Shown one piece after another: positions 40,199 through 48,693 of a DNA stretch of 64,000 bases. A model generated the notes under the pieces. The model was given only the letters and a program-made list of their open reading frames with translations. It searched no databases and was not told where the DNA came from. Origin of the DNA: Patescibacteria group bacterium. GTDB lineage: Bacteria; Patescibacteriota; Minisyncoccia; UBA6257; UBA9933. Each line of letters opens with the position of its first letter. Positions within the stretch are counted from its first letter, which is position 1. The stretch is taken from contig JBBTRV010000003.1 in the NCBI GenBank assembly GCA_038065035.1, positions 346 through 64,345 on the forward strand, read 5' to 3'. The position numbers and the translations under genes were made by a program.

Positions 40199-40272
40199 TG
40201 TCGGGTGGTGTAGTGGTAGCACGCCGCGCTCTGGACGCGGAAACTGGGGTTCGAGTCCCTGCCCGACAGCCA
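40199..40272 (+). tRNA. tRNA-Gln(CTG)
   Basis: TGTCGGG...CCCGACA-G-CCA, anticodon arm CCGCG-CTCTGGA-CGCGG. Confidence 0.95.
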
Positions 40273-40890
40273 ATGAAAAAGAAAACTCAAATATTTATAA
40301 TTCATGGAGGAATGACTTTCAAAAATAAGAAAGATTATTTGCATTTCCTAAAAACCAGAAAGATTTCAATTAAGAAAAAAATAGGATGGTATGACGTTTA
40401 TTTAGATGAAAAACTGGGTAAAAATTTTGAAATAATCAGACCGCGCATGCCCAAACAAGATGATGCCAAATACAATGATTGGAAAATATATTTTGAAAGG
40501 CATATTTCTTATTTAAGAAATAACGTAATTTTAATAGGAGGTTCACTGGGCGGAATTTTTCTCGCAAAATATTTATCCGAGCATAAATTCCCAAAAAAAA
40601 TCTTATCAACCTATCTGATTTGCCCTCCTTTTGACAATGCTCTGCCCGGAGAAGATTTAGTTGGCGGATTTAAGCTTAAATCTGATTTATCTTTGCTTGA
40701 AAAAAACTCAAAAAATCTTTATCTATTGTTTTCAAAAGATGATGACGTTGTCCCGATTTCTCATGCTAAAAAGTATGAAAAGAAGCTAAAAAATGCGAAA
40801 ATTATCATATATAAAAGCAAAAACGGACATTTTAACATTCCTAAATTCCCCGAGATTATTAATATGATTAAAAAGGATATTAAGAGATAA
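40273..40890 (+). CDS. alpha/beta hydrolase (RBBP9/YdeN-like); ATG immediately follows the tRNA CCA
   Basis: IFIIHGG, GGSLGG nucleophile elbow, SKDDDVVP and GHF motifs. Confidence 0.88.
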   Translation: MKKKTQIFIIHGGMTFKNKKDYLHFLKTRKISIKKKIGWYDVYLDEKLGKNFEIIRPRMPKQDDAKYNDWKIYFERHISYLRNNVILIGGSLGGIFLAKYLSEHKFPKKILSTYLICPPFDNALPGEDLVGGFKLKSDLSLLEKNSKNLYLLFSKDDDVVPISHAKKYEKKLKNAKIIIYKSKNGHFNIPKFPEIINMIKKDIKR

Positions 40891-40991
40891 TTTATTAAGA
40901 TAATAACACTAATCAATTCAGGTCAATTTTATTCCTATTCAGACTACTAAAAAATATAATTTCTGACAAAGTTTAATATTTCGAAATTAAA

Positions 40992-41020
40992 TAGAAATGC
41001 CGGCCATGCCGGCATTTCTA
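40992..41020. terminator. hairpin/terminator between convergent genes
   Basis: TAGAAATGCCGGC-CAT-GCCGGCATTTCTA, a perfect 13-bp stem. Confidence 0.75.
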
Positions 41021-41040
41021 CAAAACTCATAAAACAAATA

Positions 41041-41433
41041 TTAAAACAGCGGATATGGCCACATTGGAATTGAAAGGAGCATTAACAAAGCTCCCAATAG
41101 CGCCAAATTTTTCATAAAGTGCACCATTTCCGACATCCGCATATTCGGCTCTTGCACTTTCCAAAAAGCGTGCATAATAAAAGTCACCGATACAAGAAAA
41201 ATAACTAATGCTAATATCGCCCATTCAACATAAACACCAAGCAATATTCCTAAACCGCCGAGCAAAAGTAAAATACCAGTGATAATAACTGCCGCTTTCG
41301 GCATCGGTACTCCTTTTGATTGAGTATATCCTTCAAGCATTCCTAACTTCGTGAAATGATTAATTCCGGAAATTATGAAATAACCGCCCAAAAGAAGCCT
41401 GCCGATAAAAAACAAAATATCAAAATAATTCAT
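41041..41433 (-). CDS. DoxX family membrane protein
   Basis: GRLLLGGYF..SG..H, HAFW and FMKNLALLGALL motifs. Confidence 0.9.
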   Translation of the reverse strand: MNYFDILFFIGRLLLGGYFIISGINHFTKLGMLEGYTQSKGVPMPKAAVIITGILLLLGGLGILLGVYVEWAILALVIFLVSVTFIMHAFWKVQEPNMRMSEMVHFMKNLALLGALLMLLSIPMWPYPLF

Positions 41434-41470
41434 ATTTAAATTTATTTTAACTTACAGACCTTTTATAAAA

Positions 41471-42439
41471 TTAAAAATCCGACATTATTTTTTTCAAATC
41501 TTCCGGCAAATCTGTTTCCAAGGCAATCAGCTGGCTTTTTGCCTGCCCCGCATTCTTTTGCGGGGGCAAAGTAAATTTCAAATAATACGCATGCAAAAAA
41601 TGGCGGCGTTTGGGCAATTTAGTTTTCGCGCCATAAAGCGTGTCGCCTATAATCGGATGGCCGATTGAAGCCAAATGCACTCTTATCTGGTGCGTCCGGC
41701 CGGTTTTCGGCTCCACTTCTAAAAGCGCAAATTTATCATCAATCACTTTGATGACTTTATAATAAGTTTTTGCCGCCCGCTCGGACTTGCCCGCCGTAGC
41801 CACGCTTTGTGGAGTGAAGGAGGGTTTAACTGCCACTTTTTTAAGCCGATAATTTTTTGACGGCTTAATCGCGTATTCAATAATCCCCTCCTTATTTTTA
41901 GGAACACCTTCTACCAAGGCCAGATATTTTTTAACAACTGTCCTATTTAAAAACTGCTCCTTAATAAAATAAAAAGTGTTTTGATTTTTAGCTATAATCA
42001 AAAGCCCGGAAGTCTCTCTGTCTAAGCGATGAACAATTCCCGGCCTCATCGGGCTTTCGCCGACATTTATAATTTCCGGATAACAGCCCAGCAAGGCATT
42101 AACTAATGTGTGGCGATATTCTTTTAATGTTGGATGAGTTAAAAGCCCGGCTGGCTTATCAACAACTAAAATATCGCTGTCTTCGTAAATTATTTTTAAA
42201 GGAATATTTGTATCTGGCTCAATCTTAAATTTTTCTTTTGGTGAAATCAGCTTTTCTTCCATCACCAAAACGCGGTCATTTTTCCTCAATCTGAATCCCG
42301 GTTTAACCACAAAATGGCCGTTTATTTTAACAGCGCCGTTTTGAATAGCTTTTTGCAATTGAGAACGGGAAAATTCTTTTATTTTTTCCGCCAGAAATTT
42401 ATCCAACCGCTCTTTTTGAATTTCAACAATAAACTCCAT
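41471..42439 (-). CDS. RluA/RluD family pseudouridine synthase with S4 domain
   Basis: RLDKFL, DKPAGL, VHRLDRETSG, TGRTHQIRVH and FLHA motifs. Start at the ATG at 42439. Confidence 0.95.
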   Translation of the reverse strand: MEFIVEIQKERLDKFLAEKIKEFSRSQLQKAIQNGAVKINGHFVVKPGFRLRKNDRVLVMEEKLISPKEKFKIEPDTNIPLKIIYEDSDILVVDKPAGLLTHPTLKEYRHTLVNALLGCYPEIINVGESPMRPGIVHRLDRETSGLLIIAKNQNTFYFIKEQFLNRTVVKKYLALVEGVPKNKEGIIEYAIKPSKNYRLKKVAVKPSFTPQSVATAGKSERAAKTYYKVIKVIDDKFALLEVEPKTGRTHQIRVHLASIGHPIIGDTLYGAKTKLPKRRHFLHAYYLKFTLPPQKNAGQAKSQLIALETDLPEDLKKIMSDF

Positions 42440-42463
42440 AATAATTAAATTATAATAAAAAAA

Positions 42464-42810
42464 CCGGCAAGCCATAAGCCGGATTCTGTTTTATACGGCA
42501 ATTTATCTGGACCATTGATTGCTCGCTGGTTCTAGCGGTATTTCCGCCAATTGGCGGACTCAACCTTGCACCCAGTAAGGATTTAGCCGTTTCACCTCTG
42601 TTTTGCTATCCCTATGACAGAGTTAGACCTTCTAGCTTAGGATAGGGTCTTCCTGATATTTTCATACCAAGACGTCGCTGTTCGCACCTCTCGCATTACT
42701 GCGGCGGGCCGTTAACCCGTACAATTATTCTGAAAAAATCAAAATTGGGAGTCCGGACTTTCCTCAATCAGCGCTTATTAATAACTGATCGCTGCCGTTT
42801 GGCTTGCCGA
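42464..42810 (-). ncRNA. rnpB: RNase P RNA
   Basis: P4 motifs GAGGAAAGTCCGGACTCC and ACAGAATCCGGCTTA; P1 CGGCAAGCCA/TGGCTTGCCG. Confidence 0.95.
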
Positions 42811-42818
42811 TTTCTTAT

Positions 42819-42847
42819 ATTATACACCTATTTTAAGCAATTGTCAA
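42819..42847 (-). promoter_or_regulatory. perfect sigma70 promoter of rnpB
   Basis: TTGACA-17 nt-TATAAT. Confidence 0.88.
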
Positions 42848-42886
42848 AATAATATACTTGTCTAGAACATTAAAAATCTGAACAAA

Positions 42887-44906
42887 TTAGATAACTATTA
42901 CTCCACTTGGCGCGCTAGGCGGAGTAGTATCAGCTGTTATTTTTCTTAGAATAATCTGGTCAAGCCAGGTATTGGATTCTCTTCCATAGAAAGTAAAAGA
43001 ATGGGTCCCTTGGGTAAGATCCCATATCATTGGGTCGAATTGAGATGAAGTTGTGCCATTGCCCCATTTAGAAACCTCATCCCAAACAAAGCCAGTGATC
43101 AAGGGTATAATATTATATATATACAAAGCATTTCCTTGAGCTGATTCATTGTCTAACCCGACATAGAATGAATTCTGGCCTCCGTCATTGTTGGAGTTGA
43201 CTCTGGCTTCCAGTTTGTATTGGCCAGATGTAGAGATATCAAAGGTATATTTGGCTGAGCCGGTGTTATCTGTATTGGTGTAAATATATGTATCTGAACC
43301 AGATGTTCCGGTCTGCGTTGAAGTAAGCTGGCCTGATTCAGCTTGGATGTATTGCTCAGGGAGGAAATTTTGAACAGGAGCGTTGTATTCGTCGTTATCT
43401 GTTAACGAAGAGCAACCTGGGTCATTGGGGTAGTCTGTTAAGCCGTCTGAATCGTTGTCTATGCTGTCGGAACATTGGTAGGTTGGAGATGAAGCGAGAG
43501 TTAATGGATGAGGATAAGTTAGGGGAGTAAAATAAGAAGTCCATGTATTAGTTGTTGTGCATTTATAAAAAGTTCCCGATATTGGTGTTGACGGATTTGT
43601 GCCTACCATACCAGTTAAGTTAGTAACTGATTGATTTGTAGCCCAATAACCAACTCCTGTAGTGCATGTTGTAGGACGATTAGCAAGAGTGCCGGCACCT
43701 ACCCCAGAAGCACCTGTAAATGATGGTGTGTAAACCCAGAAATCCACATTTGCAGCAGGAGTAAATCCAGGGTTACAACCAGAACATCCAGGGTTAAGTA
43801 CAAAAACCCCAGACAGAGTTCCAGTTAAGTTTTTTCTATTACCCCAGAAATATGAGTCAGAAACATGAATAGGTACTTGTGGTTGATTGGGGCCAACATA
43901 ATTTACTGGCATTAAAGAATCAGCGTATTCTTCTCTTACTTGTATATTAAACATTGACCCAGGGGTAGTAATATTATTATTAAATACAACTGCCGTACCA
44001 CCTCTATGGTCATACAACCTACCCCCATAATTACCGACATCATTTATTTGATTTCCATATATTTCAGTACCAAAGCACCCATAACCAAGAGTATCCCCTC
44101 CGTGCATATCAAACATAGGCCAGGCACCATTTGACCCAGTGAAATTAATTGTATTATATCTAACCGCATACCTATTTCCATAATTGCAATCAGCTACCAT
44201 AAAAGTTACATCATTAAAGGTGTTATTCTCAATCCACATAGTCGTATCATTCTGACCGTACACATGCCTTTCCCAATTATTCCACCAAGTTCTCCCCCAA
44301 ACATCACCAGCTTCGGCAAACCTCAGAGGGAATGCTATCCCATCGAAAGTATTATTGTGTATTACTCCCCTGATTCCTCTAACCCATATTGCTTGAGTAT
44401 TACCATAAGTATTTAGAAAATGATTATTGTCTATCTGCACTTTTGTTTGAATAGTTATATTACTGCCAACATGCCTTAGTTTGATACCAGCGCCCTTGCT
44501 ATTCATATTAAACGTAAACCCAGAAACTCTAAATGGTGTATTCAAAGTTAAATTAGAAGAAGAAGGCACATAATCTATTGCATACCCCCCCATGATCAAC
44601 AGTGATATTTGTAGTCCCTATCCCAGCCCCAATAAGATTAATCCCTTTTATTATTGTTATTCCGGAGCCCCAAGCACAACTTCCAGCCGGAACTAAAACA
44701 GTGTCGCCAACACTTGCCGAATTAATCGCAGATTGAACTGCAGATTGAGAACAATCTGTGGCTTGAACAGTAGCCGCACTGACAGTTTTTATAATTTTTT
44801 GTTCACCAAATAAATGACTGAATTTTGAATAATAAAAATATAAAGAAAAACCAGAAATAATAAGCAATATAAAGAGAAAAATTATAATATTCTTTATTTT
44901 AGACAT
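42887..44906 (-). pseudogene. array paralog A: secreted beta-helix protein, frameshifted at a G7 tract
   Basis: ORFs 44553-44906 and 42887-44599 join into one 672-aa protein (...VDHGG|YAID...) if the G7 run (44585-44591) is G6. Carries the shared C-terminal module. Confidence 0.85.
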
Positions 44907-44991
44907 AAAAATTTTTTATAAAAATATATCCATTATTATATTAAAAACCGTTATCTTAAGCAACATTAATTATGGCGGGTTCAATAAAATT

Positions 44992-45426
44992 TCAAAATAA
45001 TTTTGCTGATTGATTGTTCAGCTCTTTATTCACCAGCCAATCGGCTCTTTTATTTTCTTCACGAGGAATATGAATAAATTTAATTTCACCGAAATCCATT
45101 TTTAAATTCCAAATTTCAATGAAAAACGGAATTAAGCTTTTTTCTTTTATTTTATATTTTCCGCTTAACTGATTAACCACCAATTCGCTGTCCATTTTAA
45201 TTTCAATTTTTGCTTTTTCCGCTTTCTCGCCGCCAATCAAATGTTTTACTTTCTTAAGTCCAAAAATAACCGCTTGATATTCAGCTTCATTATTCGTCGC
45301 TCTGCCGAGAAATTTTCCGTATTCTTTTATTTCTCCTTTTATTTCCATCACGACTCCAATCGCCGCCGGCCCGGGATTGCCCCTACTCCCCCCGTCACAA
45401 TAAACAGTAATTAAATCATTCGTCAT
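44992..45426 (-). CDS. rnhA: ribonuclease HI family protein
   Basis: DGGSRGNPGPA, TNNEAEY, DSELVVNQ and PREENKRAD motifs. Confidence 0.92.
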   Translation of the reverse strand: MTNDLITVYCDGGSRGNPGPAAIGVVMEIKGEIKEYGKFLGRATNNEAEYQAVIFGLKKVKHLIGGEKAEKAKIEIKMDSELVVNQLSGKYKIKEKSLIPFFIEIWNLKMDFGEIKFIHIPREENKRADWLVNKELNNQSAKLF

Positions 45427-45432
45427 AAGTCA

Positions 45433-46278
45433 TTAGTCATTTAAATACTTCCACGGCATTGGCTTTTTAATGCTTAAAGAAAATCCGCTGGCGGCCTTAT
45501 GTCCTCCGCCGCCGAATTTTTGAGCAATTTCCGAAACATCAACTTCTTTGCTCGATCTTAACGAAAAAATTTTTCGGCCGTTTTTCTGATACCAAATAAT
45601 GCCAATCGGATATCCTTTCTCTATTATTAAATTCCCTATTTCCGATTGTAAAATCGGCGAATTTACCGCTAATGCTTTATGATTTTTAAAACTAACCTTA
45701 TCCGCCTGGCCCAATAATTTACTAATTACTTTTCTTCTGTATTTTAAAATTATTTTACCTGTTTCAATATATTTTTTCCGTTTTTTGACATTTTCCAAAT
45801 CGCGGCTTATTTTATCCCATAATTTAAAATCAAAATCTGTAGCATCTAAAAAAGCCGTTATTTCTTTTGTGTTCCCCAGCTTAAATTTCCAAATATCGTA
45901 ATCCTCTACATGCCGCAAAAGCCACGGCACTGGCTTTTTAGGATGAAAATATTTCCAGGTTAAAACCGCACCGGAATGATTAACGTCATATAAACAATCA
46001 GAAACGCATTTTATCGCGTCGCCATTGCTTACATGATGGTCTATTATTGTCACCGACGCGCAAATTTTAACTAATTTTTTTATTATTTCAGCCGGATAAG
46101 CGATATCAGCCATATATAATTTTTTACCTTTAAGATTTTTAGGCGGCGGAGCGTGGTGGTCAATAGGTATATAAATCGCCTTATCGCCAAATTTTTTCCA
46201 AGCCGCGTAAGCGGCCCCAAACCCGTCAAAACAATTTTTATGATATAAAACAATTATATCTTTTGTACTATTCATCAT
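45433..46278 (-). CDS. DHH/DHHA1 family phosphoesterase
   Basis: YH..C.DG, IIDHH, SLRS and GGGGHKAASGF motifs. Confidence 0.92.
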   Translation of the reverse strand: MMNSTKDIIVLYHKNCFDGFGAAYAAWKKFGDKAIYIPIDHHAPPPKNLKGKKLYMADIAYPAEIIKKLVKICASVTIIDHHVSNGDAIKCVSDCLYDVNHSGAVLTWKYFHPKKPVPWLLRHVEDYDIWKFKLGNTKEITAFLDATDFDFKLWDKISRDLENVKKRKKYIETGKIILKYRRKVISKLLGQADKVSFKNHKALAVNSPILQSEIGNLIIEKGYPIGIIWYQKNGRKIFSLRSSKEVDVSEIAQKFGGGGHKAASGFSLSIKKPMPWKYLND

Positions 46279-46344
46279 AATAAATAATATTATACCACTA
46301 AAAAATCAGGCGCAAAAGCCGAAATTATTAATATTAATCCAACT

Positions 46345-48675
46345 TTAATTAACGCTTAGATTTTGAGGCGCGGAAGGCGGAGCGGTGTCGGTCAGGCGGG
46401 TAAGATAGAAGTAATCCAATCTTGTATTTGATTCCCTGCCTCTTAAAGCAAGAGTATGAGCTCCTGAAGAAAGAGTAAGCGTATAAGGGTCGTATTGGGG
46501 ATTGTCAAATGTGCCGGTTCCTCTTTTGGCAAGGTCATCTTCCCGCCAGACGCTATATTCGCCTGGAGAGGCGGTTGGGTTCAAATCCCATATATCTTCA
46601 GGGGAATTGTCTATTTGAAAGTAAAAGGAATCAGTTCCTCCGTTCTGGGCGAAAACTCTGGCAATGATTTTGTAAGCGCCTGCGGCGCTTACTGAAAAGC
46701 TGCAGGTTGCGGTTCCTGATTCTAATATTGAGGTTTGAATATATTGATTATTAGAAGCAAGAGAATCTGATACTATCTGCATAGGCGAAGCCAGAATACA
46801 AGATTCAGCTTCATAAGAAGAAGATGAAGAGATTAGAAAGGTGGTAGCTTGGGCTGATGTTGATTGATTTGAATTATTGCCTGCCGCGTCATAGGCGGAA
46901 ACAGTGTAGGTGTATGAAGTGGAAGGAGAAAGATTGGTGTCACTATATGACAATTGACCAGTGACAGTTGACAATTGACTGCTATCACGAAAGATTCTAT
47001 AGCCAAGAACTCCTACGTTATCTGTGGAAGCAATCCAGGATAGGTTGATTTGGGAGGAGGATATTGGAGTAGCAGAAAGATTGGTGGGAATTGAAGGCGA
47101 TGTGGTGTCTAAGGGAGGCGGACCAGAAACGAGATACTCGTAGGCGCCGATGTCCCAGGCGGCGCCTTGAGGACGGGATGTCCCGAAATAATCATCAGAG
47201 AATATTCCGGTTCCTGGGTCAGTAAGACCACCATTCAGCACAGGAGACGGAGAAGATGACGTTAATCGTAATCCTGCTACCCAGTTTACAAATAAACTAT
47301 CAAAAGTTGGGGTAATCGAATCAAATAGCGGATCACCATAACCGCCTTGTAACTCTTTGCCATCAGCCTGAACTTGAGCAAAATTCCTGTTTGTCTCCCA
47401 AATTCTATCTGAATATCTATAATAATTATAATTTAGGATAGTAGATGAATATGGCCCCATCTTAATGGTGCCCCAGTCGACTGCCTGTTTATACCCACAC
47501 GGATTTGCGTTAGAGGGCCAAAAAATATTATTCCTAATATCTATATTACTGTATGGGCCTCCCCCCACTGAAGTAAAAGTAATACTCTTATAATAACCGT
47601 AAAAAATATTATTATAAACATTCGTGTAAGATATTAAAGTACCATAAGTAGAGAAAGCTAACTGTCCGGTAATCCCACAGTTTGAAGAGGCGGAAGTTTT
47701 TAAAGGAGAATAAAAAACATTGTTATAAATATTATTATGATCGGGAGTTTTTGCGGCCGGATTATTGGTATGTATAAACAACATTTGATTATTACCGTCA
47801 AATGTTCCTTCAAAAAAATTATTGTAGATATTATTATAATCGTCATTGATAGTAAGCATATCTGCCGAATTTATTCCAGTCCATCCTGAAGCAAAGTGGT
47901 TATTGTAAATATCAGTATATTTTATTTGACCTGTCATTAAATCACAGGCCTCTCGTTCCGCAGTTATACAACTATCGTGCAGATAGTTATCATGTACTTT
48001 ATTCCTACCATAACCTAATGTTGTAGCATAGAGCAAAATTATCCCACCATCATTGTCATGATTAACGCTATTCCCATTCTTGTAAAACTCAGAATTTGCT
48101 ATTTCTACGTTATTGGAAAACCCACTTTCTTTGCCAAATATAACGCCAGTTGCATAGAAATGGTGGAATGTAATATATCGGATTACAATACTGTGAGTAG
48201 ACGTGCCATTGCCAAATATCCCATAACTCGCAACCGAATTACCATCAAGAATAAATTTTGTTTTATCAGTACCATCAAATACAAGATTATTCTTGTTATT
48301 AACATTAAATATAGTTTCTCCGCCTGCCCCATCTATAGTTACGATTCCATCATAACCATCACTCCACCCTGTAGCCGACCCATGTTCGGCAATCACAGCC
48401 CTCTTAATCGTTATGGGGTTACCAGCACTCCCTGAGACAGTGAAGGTATAGTTCCCCGTATAAGTTCCAGCAGCAATATAGACGGTATCTCCTGCCGCTA
48501 TACCTGAAATGTTGTTGATATCATCCCAAGCATTTGTCCAACTTGAACCATTACCATTTGATCCTTTCCTGATATACCAATTTGCCGCCTCTGCGCTCTC
48601 CGTACCAAACACAAACATTATCAGAAGCATGCCTGCGAATAGAAAAACTTTTAATTGAATTGATTGGTATTTCAT
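46345..48675 (-). CDS. array paralog B: secreted right-handed beta-helix + FN3 + carbohydrate-binding-like module
   Basis: Signal peptide (AEA|A), IYNN/NNIF repeats, RPQGAAWDIGAYEY, FN3, a YEAES module and terminal DTAPPSAPQNLSVN. Confidence 0.9.
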   Translation of the reverse strand: MKYQSIQLKVFLFAGMLLIMFVFGTESAEAANWYIRKGSNGNGSSWTNAWDDINNISGIAAGDTVYIAAGTYTGNYTFTVSGSAGNPITIKRAVIAEHGSATGWSDGYDGIVTIDGAGGETIFNVNNKNNLVFDGTDKTKFILDGNSVASYGIFGNGTSTHSIVIRYITFHHFYATGVIFGKESGFSNNVEIANSEFYKNGNSVNHDNDGGIILLYATTLGYGRNKVHDNYLHDSCITAEREACDLMTGQIKYTDIYNNHFASGWTGINSADMLTINDDYNNIYNNFFEGTFDGNNQMLFIHTNNPAAKTPDHNNIYNNVFYSPLKTSASSNCGITGQLAFSTYGTLISYTNVYNNIFYGYYKSITFTSVGGGPYSNIDIRNNIFWPSNANPCGYKQAVDWGTIKMGPYSSTILNYNYYRYSDRIWETNRNFAQVQADGKELQGGYGDPLFDSITPTFDSLFVNWVAGLRLTSSSPSPVLNGGLTDPGTGIFSDDYFGTSRPQGAAWDIGAYEYLVSGPPPLDTTSPSIPTNLSATPISSSQINLSWIASTDNVGVLGYRIFRDSSQLSTVTGQLSYSDTNLSPSTSYTYTVSAYDAAGNNSNQSTSAQATTFLISSSSSYEAESCILASPMQIVSDSLASNNQYIQTSILESGTATCSFSVSAAGAYKIIARVFAQNGGTDSFYFQIDNSPEDIWDLNPTASPGEYSVWREDDLAKRGTGTFDNPQYDPYTLTLSSGAHTLALRGRESNTRLDYFYLTRLTDTAPPSAPQNLSVN
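46948..46980 (-). repeat. heptamer tandem repeat, in-frame in the FN3 domain of paralog B
   Basis: TGACAAT TGACCAG TGACAGT TGACAAT TGACT encodes SQLSTVTGQLS; absent at the equivalent site in paralog C. Confidence 0.8.
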
Positions 48676-48693
48676 TTAGTTATTATTTAATTA

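Noticed and set aside
40198-40272. N-terminal extensions of the hydrolase (from 40198) and pgk (from 60395) in the ORF track
   Set aside because: The extensions are tRNA sequence; family motifs begin at the ATGs immediately after the tRNAs.
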